NCBI GenBank assembly: GCA_951406725.2
Contig: OX597820.1
Coordinates: forward strand, 106,640,001-106,704,000
From: Octopus vulgaris
Taxonomy: Eukaryota
Direction: 5' to 3'
DNA: 64,000 nt
Shown: positions 51,920-64,000 of the stretch, piece by piece
How positions within the stretch are numbered: the first letter of the stretch is position 1
Layout: the number at the start of each line of letters is the position of its first letter
Notes under the pieces: model-generated
Told to the model about the DNA's origin: nothing
Database searches by the model: none
The model's input: the letters and a program-made list of their open reading frames with translations, nothing else
Program-made: the position numbers and the translations under genes

Positions 51920-53038
51920 TTAGCTTTTGTGGGGTAAAGTTGGACCAGCATTCTGTGAATGACGTTTAGGCCAACCAATTTTGCCACCAAGTAAATTACT
52001 GTTATACTGAATATCTAGTTTAGAGTGAAAAACCTGAAAACTGGAGAGAATTTCTTGCTCAATTTTATGAAAGTAATTACGAAGTGCAAAACCATTTCGA
52101 ATTGACCTTACCAGAGTTATAAATCTTGGTCGGAACTTAGCTTCAGACATGAATTTCTGAAAGAATTTAATACGGGAAAAGACTTCTTGTTGTGGCAGAG
52201 AATGAAGATGGTGAATACTGCTATTTAAAACACTTCCACCAAGACAAAGCTGAAAGTTATTTTCCCAATAAAGTGTCTTAAGAAATGGAATAAAACAAAA
52301 GCCAACTTCACGTATGGCAATTAACTGTTTCTCTTTCAATGATGCTAACTTTAAAGCAAATTTTTCTAAATACTTTGTAGCAACTTTTTTCTTACAAGAC
52401 AGGGCAGGAGACAGCGATGACAAAGGTCTAGTAAACATATGTATAACAGATGAGAAATTGTGGCTCATGGGAAATTTTGAACAATTTTCTGGCTTCTTTT
52501 TCATACAAAAATGCCGTCGTCGTTTGGAAATTTCAAAGATTATCTTAGACAAAACACTGTCTGCTGCTATTTCATTTCTCATTACTTTTGGGCATATTAT
52601 TTGCTGTATCTCTCTGTTTATAGACATTATATCAGCTATGGTCAAACCTGTAGCTCGAAGTGAAGCAAAAGGGGTTTCATAACCGATATATTCTTCATCA
52701 ATGTCTAGTACAATATTCTCTTGTTTTCTAATCAGCCTGCCCTGTTTTAGTAACTTCAAAGCTAGGTCTTCTTGAATTTTCTCAAAGTATATTTGTTTTT
52801 TTGTATTACACATTTTATCAGAGATAATCACAGTTTCTCTTGATTCCAGATAACAAGTTTTTATTTTGCTCTTCGAATGACTCAAACAAAAGCAATTGGC
52901 TGCAGGTTTATTACCATGTTTTTCATTTGTCACCCCAAAAAATGCAACTGCACTCTTGAATTTCTGGTTATTGTTCTTCACATCCCAGTTTGGCCACACC
53001 CATAGAAAACGGTTGAAGTAGGTTGTATCCAGTGATAA
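51920..53038 (-). CDS. Terminal coding exon of a host gene, UPF0489/C5orf22-like
   Basis: 372-codon open frame starting right after acceptor TTTTCTCATTAACAG, with an in-frame stop just upstream; YFNRFLWVWPNWD and IVLDIDEEYIGYETPF resemble UPF0489 motifs; AATAAA downstream at 51605-51610 (-). Confidence 0.65.
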   Translation of the reverse strand, partial: LSLDTTYFNRFLWVWPNWDVKNNNQKFKSAVAFFGVTNEKHGNKPAANCFCLSHSKSKIKTCYLESRETVIISDKMCNTKKQIYFEKIQEDLALKLLKQGRLIRKQENIVLDIDEEYIGYETPFASLRATGLTIADIMSINREIQQIICPKVMRNEIAADSVLSKIIFEISKRRRHFCMKKKPENCSKFPMSHNFSSVIHMFTRPLSSLSPALSCKKKVATKYLEKFALKLASLKEKQLIAIREVGFCFIPFLKTLYWENNFQLCLGGSVLNSSIHHLHSLPQQEVFSRIKFFQKFMSEAKFRPRFITLVRSIRNGFALRNYFHKIEQEILSSFQVFHSKLDIQYNSNLLGGKIGWPKRHSQNAGPTLPHKS

Positions 53039-53188
53039 CTGTTAATGAGAAAATTTAAGAAAACAATGTCATAAAATGCCAACAAAAAAAATTTGTTCAT
53101 ATTTTCATGAAACAGTTTTAAAGAATTATAATTATCTAGTAAATCTTTCTTCTTTGGTCAACAAGTGAGATATATATATATATATAGA

Positions 53189-53620
53189 TATATAGAGACA
53201 GTAATCCTTGACTATCATGGGTGTTATGTTCCAAAACCCTCCACGATAGGTGAAAATCAGCAAAGTAGAAATAGTACTGTACTGCAATAGCATAACGGAG
53301 GATAGGTGGGGGGCACATCCCTGGGCACTTATTGAGGTGGGGTGCAAAACTGACCAGAATACAATAAGCTTGAATTTCATTTATAAAATTGCAATTGTTA
53401 AGATGGATCTCCAGCATAACGTTTTATGCTGTTATTGAAGGTAATTGCAATATTCATGTCAGGACATTTTTACAAAGGCATCAAAATATTCATGTCAGGA
53501 CATTTTTACAAAGGCATCAAAATATTCATGTCAGGACATTTTTACAAAGGGCATCAAAAAAGGCTTGAGGCCCAATTGAGTGAAACCTGTATATTTTTGC
53601 CTTGCCTACTATACATACTG
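53189..53620. mobile_element. Possible pogo/Tigger-like MITE remnant
   Basis: Begins CAGTAATCCTTGACTATC..GTTATGTTCC, resembling Tigger-type TIRs; the other end was not found. Confidence 0.35.
53449..53557. repeat. 36-bp tandem triplication
   Basis: AATATTCATGTCAGGACATTTTTACAAAGGCATCAA x3. Confidence 0.95.
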
Positions 53621-54000
53621 CATGACTAAGGGTGTAAAATTAATTGTGGTGATAAACACTATGTTAAATTTACTTAACCATCGTTTATTCATTTAACCAT
53701 TAATCATTCTTTGTGGTTCTAAAAATAGTTCATTCTTATTTTATCAGTGTAAATCAATTTTTCATTTCTGCATAGCTTGCGACTTCCAGTGTACATACTG
53801 TAAATGGTTTGTTATGTTATCAATAACGACTTCGACTTCCTACCCCAAGCAGACATGTTACTGCTTATAAGATCATTCAAGAGTGATTGTCCCATTTCTA
53901 TCCTTGGATATTTGAGAAAGCTGGAGAGCAATTCAACTGGGTTCTACAATACAATATCTTCTATAAGCTTTAAAGCAGAGAAATTCGTTTTCTACTTCTA

Positions 54001-55245
54001 TCAGATTATGCCATAAGTTCTGTCCAAATTTTGAATAAAGAAAACAAGTCACCAAATGTTATATTTAATTGAAATTTAATCATCAAGGTACTTTCCCTGA
54101 TTATCTATGACTTTCTTCCATCTATTTACAAGCGTTTTAATCCCATCAATGTAAAACTCATTTTGTTTCAAAGCGAAGAACTCTGAAATGTCAGTTTCGA
54201 CATCCTCCTGGCTTGCAAATCCCCCAAATGATTCTGTAAACTACGAAACAAATGGTAGTCTGAAGGAGCAAGGTTGAGAGAATAAGGTGGATGAGGAATT
54301 TTTTCCCAACCAAGCTCTTCGATCTTCCGTAATGTGATCTTTGCAGTGTGGGGTCACACATTGTCCAGATGAAACAGCACTCCTTTTCGATTCTTTAAAG
54401 TGGTCTTTTTTTTTTCAAAGCTTGGTTCAAATGCTCTAATTGCTAACAGTAGACTTGAGCATTAATTGTTGCATTAGGTGGTAACAATTCAAAGTGAATT
54501 ACTCTTTTGCAATCCCACCAGATAGAGAGAAGAACCTTTTTCCCATGAAGTTCCCTTCTCGGTTGTGGTTAAGCTTTTTTCCCTTTTACCAATCCACTGT
54601 TTACAATGTTTAACATTTCAATAGAAAATCAACTTTTCGTTACCAGTCACAAGTCTATCCAAAAAGGTGAAATGAGTTCTCGAGAATGGAGAGAAGAGCA
54701 GATGTCAACTTGGGATTTGCAGTCGCTTTCAGACAATTCATGAGGCACTCATTTTTCAAGTTTAAGAACCTTTCCAAGTTGTTGAAGATGACGATGAACA
54801 GTTGTATGGTTTGAACTAAGCTTTGTTGCCAATTCTTCAACTGTTAATGCAGGATTTTCTTCAATGCCTCAAGGAGCTTATCATCAAACTCAGCTGAACG
54901 TCCTGTTCAATCTTTACCTTCAAGGCTGAAATCTCCACTTCTGAATTTTGCAAACCGTCATCTGCAAGTTTTTCATTCAAGCATTCTTTCCCATAAATTG
55001 AGTGTATATTTCGAGTCACTTCAGCTGCAGAGTTTCTTTTTTTGTACTCATAAAGCATTATGTACCTTAGATGCTGTTTGGATACTTCCATGTTAGAAAG
55101 GGTTTTAATCAAAGAAATTTTAATTCTATTATTCCGTAAAATGATATTTAATTAGTTTAAGTGTATACAAATGCATAAAAATAATTTTTAATTCCATTAG
55201 ACATTGTAAAATACAATTAGAAATTCTAAAATACTATTAAATTTC
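54001..55245 (-). mobile_element. Mariner (DD34D-type) transposon, degraded
   Basis: HLRYIMLYEYKK.NSAAE..RNI (HTH), VTGNEK, FHLDN, HPPYSLNLAPSDYHLF; TIR-like end ..CCATAAGTTCTGTCC after TA, with a second copy at ~57380-57405. Confidence 0.85.
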
Positions 55246-57140
55246 ATTCATCATCATCATCATCATCATCATCATTTAAGGTCTGCTTCCCATGCTAGCA
55301 TGGGTTGGACGAATGACTGAGGGCTGGCGAACCAGATGACTACACCAGGCTTCAATCTTGATCTGGCAGAGTTTCTACAGCTGGATGCCCTTCCTAACGC
55401 CAACCACTCCGAGAGTGTAGAGGGTGCTTTTATGTGCCACTGGCACGGGGCCAGTCAGGCGGTACTGACAATGACCTTGCTCGAATCTTTAACACATGCC
55501 ACCGGCACAGGTGCCAATAAGGCGATGCTGGTAATGATCACACTCGAATGGTGTCTTTTACGTACCACTGGCACGGAGGCCAGATAGCCACTCTGGCAAT
55601 GATCATGCTCAGATGGTGCTCTTAATACCCTACTAGCACGGGGCTTGAGTGCCAGTAAGGCGACGCTGGTAATGATCACACTTGAATGGTGTCTTTTAAG
55701 TCTCAATGGCACTGAAGTCGGTTAGCTGCTCTGTCAATGATCACATTCGTATGGTGCTCTTTGCACCCTGCTAGCATGGACGCCAGCCATCGAATTTGAT
55801 TTTGATTTCACTTGACTCAATAGGTCTTCACAAGCAGAGTTTTAGTGTCCAAAGAAGGAAAGGGTATGCATAAGTGAGCTGGTTAAGCCCCTGGCATAGA
55901 CCACGAGATTATGGTCTCATTTGGCTTGCCAGGTCTTCTCACACACGGCATATTTCCAAAAGTCTCGGTCACTAGTCATTTCCTTGGTGAGGCCTAAAGT
56001 TCGAAGGTTGTGCTTCACCACTTCATCCCAGGTCTTCCTGGGTCTACCTCTTCCACAGGTTCCCTCAACTGCTAGGGTGTGGCACTTTTTCACAGCTGTC
56101 CTCATCCATTCTCTCCACATGACTCTCTTGCACACCACATCTGATGCTTCTTAGGTCCAACATTTCTCTCAAGGTACTTACACTCTGTCGGGTATGCACA
56201 CTGACATTACACATCCATCGGATCATACTGGCTTCATTCCTTGTAAGCTTACGTATGTCCTCAGCAGTCACAGCCCATGTTTCACTGCCATGTAGCATGG
56301 CTGTTCATACACATGCATCATACAGTCTACCTTTTACTCTGAGCGAGAGGCCCTTTGTCACCAGCAGAGGTAAGAGCTCTCTAAACTTAGCCCAGTCTAT
56401 TCTTATTCTAGCAGCTACACTTTCAGTGCACCTGACTTGGTCACCTAGGTAAGAGAAGCTATCAACTACTTCTAGTTTTCCTCCCTGGAATGTGGCGGAA
56501 GTTGTTCTCTGCGCACTTTCAGTGTTTATTGCTCCCAAGCATCTGCTACATACAAAAACTATCTTCCCCGTTAGCCTTCCTTTGATATTACTGCATCTCT
56601 TATGTGTCCATAGCTTACACTGGGTACATCTTATAGAGTTTCTACCTATGCCTCTACTACAGATCGAGCAGGGCCATGTACCTGAAGGGATTTGTGGTTT
56701 GCCTGCCTTCCTACTTATTAGGACTTTGGTTTTAGCTAGGTTGATTCTAAGGCCCTTTGATTCTAATCCTTGCTTCCACACCTAAAACTTCTCTAGTTCT
56801 GATAGTGACTCCGTCAGCATAGAGGAACACCCAGGGGCATCCTGTCTTGAATTCCTCTGTTATTGCCTGGAGGACTATGATCAAAAGGAAGGGGCTGAGG
56901 ACTGAACCTTGGTGGACCCCTACCTCTACACTGAATTCTTCAGTGTACTCATTGCCAACCCTCACCATACTTACAGCATCCCTGTACATGGCTTGCACAG
57001 CTCTCACTAACCATTCATATATCCCTAGTTTCCTCATTGACCATCAGAAAAGGGATCAGGGAACCCTGTCAAAGGCTTTCTCCATGTCAACGAAAGCCAA
57101 GTACAGGGCTTATCTTTGGCTAGGTATTTCTCCTGCAGCA
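55246..57140 (-). mobile_element. RTE LINE 3' half (RT, Cys-rich insert, 3' UTR array)
   Basis: FVDMEKAFDRVP, VGVHQGSVLSP, LYAD, INLAKTK, WPCSIC..C..C..H..C..C..C, YLGD, GRGRPRKTW. Confidence 0.9.
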
Positions 57141-57419
57141 GTTTTCACAAGATTCAACTGTCTGTGAACTTGTCGAATGACATGATTCCTTTTTGCCAAA
57201 ATAATGAATAAGGGTCTTGCTTGATTTCAAAGCTTCTTCAATCTCTCACTTCCACCTTTTCCTTCCTTTAGCTCCACTTGCTTTCTTAGGGAAGGCATGC
57301 TTCATGCTCTTGTAACAAACAAGTAAAAGTTGTAAATGTTGTACAGAGAAAAGAGTAAACCTTAATATAGTCATAATTATCAGGTCATCCCATAAGTTCT
57401 GTCCAATTTTACCTTTTTT

Positions 57420-58058
57420 CGCTCTGGCAGACGCACTAGTCAGATTGACTACATCCTCACCAGGAAACAGGAAGATGGCTACTTATAAATGCCAAAACCT
57501 TCCCAGGTGAAGACTGCACCCCATAACATAGATTAATAGTTAACAACTTCAGGATCATGGCTCAATGGATGCCCAGAAGACGACCAGCATGGAGGAGAAG
57601 GGTCTGGAAGCTCAAGGAGCCTGTGAATGGACAGAGATTTAGAGATGTATTACTTGAAGCTTTTGATGAAATAGAGGGAGATATAGCATCACATGATGTG
57701 GAAGACAACTGGAAGTTTCTATGGGACAACCTGTTGAGGGCCACTGACCAGATCTGTGGATGGTGCAAAGTCCCTTCTCGACCCAAGGTAACGTGGTGGT
57801 GGAACAATGTAGTTGACAGGGCCATTATGGTAAAGAAACAGGCTTGGAAGGACTGGAAGAACGATGGTAGCAGGGAATTGTATCAGACTGCCAGAAGGGA
57901 AGCTAGGAGACAGGTCTATTTAGCCAGAGGGGACGCAGATAAGAAAAAAATTGCCAATGTTCTGCGTCATGAGGACCAAAGACTTGAGGTGTTTCATGTT
58001 GTAAGATAGTGTGTGAGAGAGACTCATGATGTCATTGGAGAGAAATGTGTCTGCATGA
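57420..58058 (+). mobile_element. RTE LINE internal fragment (APE end and linker)
   Basis: QIDYILTR, RRVWKLKEP, TWWWNNVVD. Confidence 0.8.
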
Positions 58059-58059
58059 A

Positions 58060-60790
58060 TGATGGCCACCAGTACAAGTGCTCTTGGCTTGACGGGTCCT
58101 CTCAAGCACAGTATATCACCAAAGGTCTCGGTCACTTGTCATTGCCTCTGTGAGGCTCGAAGTTTGAAGATCATGCTTCACCACCTCATCCCATATTTTC
58201 CTGGGTCTGCCTCTACTACAAGTTCAAGTTCCCTCCACATTTAGAGATTGGCACTTTGTTATACAGCTGTCCTCATCCATATGCATCACATGACCATACC
58301 AACACAGTCGTCTCTCTTGCACACCAAATCTGATGCCTTTCATGCCTAAATTTTCTCTCAAGATGCTTACACTCTGTCAAATATGCACATTGATATTGCA
58401 CATCCAGTGAAGCATGCTGGCTTAATTTCTTTCAAGCCTAGGCATGTCCTCAGCTGTCTCAGCCCATGTTTCACTGCCATGCAGCATAGCTGTTCACACA
58501 AAGGCATCAAACAATCTGCCATTCACTTTGAGAGAGTGGCCTTTGTTGTCAGCAGGGGTAGGAGCTCTCTGAACTTTGCCCAGCCTAATCTTATTCTCAC
58601 AGCTATGCTCTCAGAACATCTACATCCACTACTCACTTAGTCACCTAGATAATGGAAGCTATCTACTACCTCTAACTTGCCCCCCTGGCAGTTGATGGAG
58701 TCTATTTTCTGTACATTTTCAGCATTTATTGTACCTGTGCATCTTCCACATACAAAAGCTAGTTTCCCTGTTAACATTCCTCTAATATTGTTGCACCTTT
58801 TGTGAGTGCAGCTTATGGAGTTTCTACCTACACCTTTTCTACAACTTGAGCAGGGCCATCTACCTGAAGGGATTTGTGATTTGTCTGTCATCCTATATAT
58901 TAAGACTTTGGTTTTTGCTAGGTTAACTCTAAAATACTTTGATTCTAGACCTTACTTCAATATCTGGAACTTCTCCAGTTCAGGTAATGATTCAGCTATA
59001 AGAGCAAGGTCATCAACTTAGAAGAGCTCCCAGGGGTAGCCTGTCTTGAATTCCTCTGTTATTGCCTGGAGGACTACAATAAAAAAAAGGGGGCTGAGCA
59101 CCAATCCTTGGTGAATCCCTACTTGTACCCTGAATTATTCGTTGTATTCCTTGCCAACCCTCGCCTTACTGGTAGCATCACTATACATAGCTCATACAGC
59201 TTTCACCAACCACACCCTAGTTTCCACATTGACCACCAGATAAGGGATCAGGGAACCCTGTCAAAAGCTTTCTCCAAGTCAACAAAGGCCAAATACAGAG
59301 GTTTATCTTGGCTATGTATTTCTCCTGCAGTTGCCTCACCAGAAATATAGCATCAGTAGTGCTTCTCCCTGGCACAAAACCTAACTGAATCTCATCTTAG
59401 CTAATTCTATCCCTAATTAGTTGGGCTATGACTCACTCCATAACTTTCATCACCTGATCCAGCAATTTGATACCTCTGTAACTATTTTTATCTAAGGCAT
59501 CACCTTTACCTTTGTAGCAGTTGACTCTGGTGCTGCTACACCAGTCATTGGGTATGACTCCTTCATAAACCACCTGGTTTACAATACGAGTGACTAAACT
59601 ATAACCCATACCACCAGATATTCTAAGCATCTCAGTGATGATTCCTGATGAGCTGGGGGTGCTTTTCCTGTCTTCATATCCTTAATAGCTTTATCTACCA
59701 TAGAACTGTTCATTTGGGTTGCCATTCCCTCAATTGGGTCAACCTTTGGCAGACTCTCCTCCTCCCACTCATTCTCTATATTCAGCAGTCTTTCATAATG
59801 GCAATTCCAAGCCTCTTTCTTGGCAGAACCATTACATGCAAGTGCACTATCATCCGTACAGACACATTTCTCTCCTATGACATTACAATTTTCTTTCACA
59901 CACTGCCTTGCAATCCAAAACACTTCAGTTCGTTGGTCCTCACATCGCTGATCATAGGCAAACTTCTTTTCTGCTTCTCCTTTATACTTGTCTCGAAGCA
60001 TCCCTCCTGCAATCTGATACAGTTCCCTACTACCCCAATTCTTCCAGGCCTGTTTCTTAGCTCTAATGGGCCTACCACATCATTCCACCACTATGTTACC
60101 CTAGATATGGACTATACGAAGGGTCCTTAAGCTTCCAAATCCTTCTTTTCCAGATTGGTTTAACTCTTGACATCCTTCTGGTGTGGAGTAAGTCACTAAT
60201 GACTAGTTTATGCTGGGAGGTACGTTCTTCACCAGATAGAGTCTTTGTATTTAGGAGCATCATACTGTTTGGTGAGAATGTAATCGATCTGGCTAGCACA
60301 GACACCTGATTGGTAGGTTATCAGTGGCTGACTGACTTCCTGAAGTTCGTGCTGCAGATCAAAAGGTTATTTGCATTACAGAACTCCAGTAGCCTTGTTC
60401 CCTCTTCGTTTTGGGAGCCAAATCCATGGCATCCATGCACACCATGCAAGATACCAGACAGTCATCCAACGTGCCTGATGAAATCTGCAGCCACGAAGAG
60501 ATCATTGTCACTCATCTTTGAGTTAACCTGCAGAAGAATGTTATAAAAGTGGTCCTTCTGTTCATTTGGTAGGCTCGCTTGAGGGGCATAGGCAGAGATA
60601 ATTGTCACAATACTGTTCTGTAAGACTAACCTAATTTTAAGCACACTATCACCTATTCTGACTACCTCTTTTCTCTGCAAGAAGTATGCCCACGTCACCT
60701 ACCCTGTCACTGTTACCTTCCCAGAAGATGTTACACCTATGCCTTGCCTGTGAGGAACTTGGCTGAAGTTCCTCTCCACCTTATCTCTTG
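58060..60790 (-). mobile_element. RTE LINE, near full length, degraded
   Basis: ISAYAPQ, ADFIRHVG, YKGKGDALD..YRGIKLL, DLEKAFDRVP, WPCSSC, YLGD. Confidence 0.88.
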
Positions 60791-60935
60791 CTGCTATTGG
60801 TTAGTCCATTATGTATAGACAGAAAGAGGTAGGTGGGTTGGAGAGACAGAAGTATGCAAGTCTTCTGTTACAGAAGTGAGGAAGAGCCCTGTTGGTGTTA
60901 TATACATACATACATATATATACATTTATATATAT

Positions 60936-60976
60936 ACTAGCATTATGACCCGTCGTTGCCGGGTCATAGTGCTAGT
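60936..60976. repeat. 41-bp palindrome resembling a Helitron 3' end on both strands
   Basis: ACTAGCATTATGACCCG-TCGTTGC-CGGGTCATAGTGCTAGT: 17-bp arms, one mismatch. Confidence 0.7.
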
Positions 60977-61089
60977 GCATGTATATATGTGTATATATAT
61001 GTGTACATATTATATGTACATCTATATATATACATCTACACATAAAATACAAAATACAAAGTTATATCTTGATATCGCTAGTGATAACA

Positions 61090-61948
61090 ATACTCAAAAT
61101 ATATAACAGACTCTTGCAGTTTCGATCAATTGTATCTTGTCCTCCATCTTGTATAGAAGTGTGGCTACAATTCAGCCTACCTCTATTTCTGGGGGGACAT
61201 TTTCAATTTTTATCCAGGACGTCCTACGTCCCAGATATAAAGGTGAAAATAAAATATTTCCACTTTGCAAGGTTTGAGTCGAGTACTCCCTTGCATGCTC
61301 CATTGACTCGAACCTTGCTTCTATTGTGGCGAATTTACCACCTCTGGTTAGATATCTTTCATAGTTGCACCAAGACACTTTTCGATTGTGCTTTCCTCCA
61401 TGTGTTCAAATCGTCTTTTTTCTCTACATTAAATACTTTATGGACAATAGTCCTTTCTTTAATTTAATTTTTTATTTCATTTGGTGGTGTTATCCTAGAT
61501 TCACCGTCTTTGTCAGTGATCAATCCGAAATAGGTTTGTATTTCTTCCATTTTAATTTTAATGAGTTCGCACCCGCCGGTGGCTGCAGCGAAATTCATTT
61601 TTGGACTTTCTTCTATCGAAGGCATTCTAACAAAAATGCTTCCGTGTAAACGGTGAAAATATTGTCAATTTCCCCAAACAGGGACACAATTCAATTTTTA
61701 AACAATAACCAAAGCTCCTTCTCCCAAAGGGAGAGGGTTACGGTTTACAATTATTTAACAAATGCAACACAGCAACGTTTCCCTTACGAGGAACCAACAA
61801 ACATGATAACAATAGTTAAACAGTAATAATAATAACAACAAACCCTACGGTGAATCAAAAAGCAGTATACAGTTGAAGCTATAGTCCTTTATGTATAAGA
61901 AATAAACCAAAAGCAGTACTCAATAGAAGCGGCTGTTCGAGAAAACAG
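61090..61948 (-). mobile_element. L1/Tx1-like 5' UTR and ORF1 fragment
   Basis: GKFATIEARFESMEHAREY..PLYLGRRTSWIKIENVPPEI, an RRM-like ORF1 pattern. Confidence 0.5.
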
Positions 61949-62339
61949 ACATTACATACAGCCAAACTTCATATAGATACTTAATGCTTGCTAATTAGCA
62001 GATAATCTAATGTAAAAGCCGTGGTAGACGGTATGTGCACACCTCCATCTGGACTATTCCATTTCTGCACGCTAATTGTATTTGTAATTTATTCCCATTC
62101 ATGTGAAACCACTTATTCAAGTTCAAGTCACTGATGCAATTTTATACCAATTGCTATTTTTACTTTTGTTATGTTGCGATTATATTATACTTTAGTTTGA
62201 TTTTAATTATTATTTACTACATATAATTCAATTGTTATTATTATCTCTAATTTTTATTGTTAAAGTGAAAGTATCTGACATAAAATAGAGAAATGTTTTT
62301 GTTTCACTTTTAACACATAATACTGAAATAGTGGAGAAG

Positions 62340-62510
62340 ATATGATATTGCTATGGGCTCGCCCTAGGCAAGAAGTTGAACATTTTTTTTGCCCATGAAA
62401 CTACATGGACCCTAAGTAAGGCATGTGTAAAATTTGAATGAAATTGGTTGTGTAGTTCTCAAGTTTTAGGGAAACACACAGACAGACAGACAGACAGACA
62501 CACATTCTCA

Positions 62511-62520
<10 letters not shown>
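62340..62520 (-). mobile_element. Non-autonomous Helitron-like 5' end
   Basis: TATATAAAA..(GTCT)n..ACCAATTTCATTCAAATTTTACAC layout, typical of microsatellite-bearing Helitrons. Confidence 0.45.
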
Positions 62521-62577
<57 letters not shown>

Positions 62578-62835
62578 GTGCATGCTATAATAAATGCAAG
62601 TATCTGTTTAACCACAAAAGACTCTGAAATGATGTGTCTTTGAGAAAATCAAATTTGATTTCTGAAATTTGTGTCCCAAAGAGAATGTCGTCCATAAATA
62701 ATAATATATATTTTGCTAAGAGAAATAACTCAACTTTTACATCTACAAGTCTCCTATTTTCTATCTGCTACAATCAGTGTATCTCTCTATTATTTACCAC
62801 ATTCTTTATTATTCTCTCTCTCTCTCACTCACTCA

Positions 62836-62879
<44 letters not shown>

Positions 62880-64000
62880 CTCTCTCTCTGTCTATCTCTC
62901 ATGCATTGTTTTCATTTTGTATAAAACCTTGTCTTTTAATATTTACTTTCATTTTCATCATAGCTATCATGTATACATCCTGTTTTCTGATTGAGTGAAA
63001 ATTAACAAACCTTAACCCTCAGTTATACTTTCCTGAAATTTTTCGGGAATAAATGAATCACTAACTTGGATTTGACATGAAAATGTACAGCAATATACGA
63101 AATTTGAATATTTTCACTTAATTTTAAAATTTCAAACTCTCTAACAGCAACGGAAAAGATCACTCTTTTTGTCAATGTTTTTCATTTTTCGCTTTTCTCA
63201 TGGTAAACTTTTCCCTTCTCTATATATATATTTACCACATTCTCTCTCACTCTCTGTAAAAGTACACCGCTTATGCTGAGTGTGTGTGTGTGTCAGTGTA
63301 TGGGTATGCATGTGTGTAAAGAATTTCATTAGGGTGACAGTAATTTAAAAACGGTATGTAAAAGATAATTTATTTTAATAGCATATTTTTCTAGTATTAA
63401 AGGATTTTTCTTACACATACACACATGCACACTTGCACACATACACACACATGCATACACACATATGCATACACATGCACACGCACGCACATACACATAC
63501 ACACACACACATTCATGCACACAGACTTGCTTAGTGAGGAGTGGGAGGTTAAAAATTTAAATTACAAAATATTTTTTGTTGCTTAAATATCAACAATGGA
63601 TCACTGCATCATCATTCCATAAAATGTGCTTATTTGGAGAAAAATATTTAAAAAACATCATTACATGTGACAAAGTAACAAGGAAGGTACCAGGTGGTCG
63701 TGGGAAGTACTAGAAGCAACAGCTATATCTCCCTTAAATCACACACCTTTTTATCTCAAAGTTGTTTTGAAATTAAAACAGAAACAAATTACAGATTCAG
63801 ATTGTCCATATTTTAAAACTATGACGCAAAAAATTATAATGGTTAATGACAATTTTGTTTTTTCTGTATATTTGGCATTAGTATTTTTCTTTTGCTCTTA
63901 TTTTTGTAAATTATTTATAAATTTAACCTTTAAAGGTATTTTTTGATATGCTGGCCATTGATAAAATTTTTTTCCTGAAAAAAATTTTATCCCACATTAG

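Noticed and set aside
53426-53629. ORF with MSGHFYKGIKIF repeats
   Set aside because: Product of a local 36-bp triplication.
53790-54000. Upstream exon of the UPF0489-like gene
   Set aside because: A GTATGT donor exists, but the required phase-0 frame has stops and no family motifs.

Overview
AT-rich, microsatellite-dense eukaryotic genomic DNA; the SINE/LINE inventory suggests a cephalopod, probably Octopus (inference). Most of the window is transposon debris: R4/Dong-like and HERO RLE-type LINEs, RTE, CR1, Tx1/L1, Penelope, SINEs, and Chapaev3, mariner, hAT-like and Helitron-like DNA elements. The only convincing host coding sequence is a large terminal exon on the minus strand (51920-53038) resembling the UPF0489/C5orf22 family. 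The most unusual region is 49724-51483 (-), a HERO-derived element that lacks the whole reverse transcriptase but keeps an uninterrupted zinc-finger + restriction-like endonuclease ORF. It has four GAAAGA-loop hairpins in its leader, a ~315-bp direct repeat of its own 3' end, and hammerhead core motifs in non-canonical order in its 3' UTR. A 450-bp near-perfect palindrome at 7869-8318 carries two opposed type I hammerhead ribozymes. All calls come from reading motifs by eye; the ends of degraded elements are approximate.
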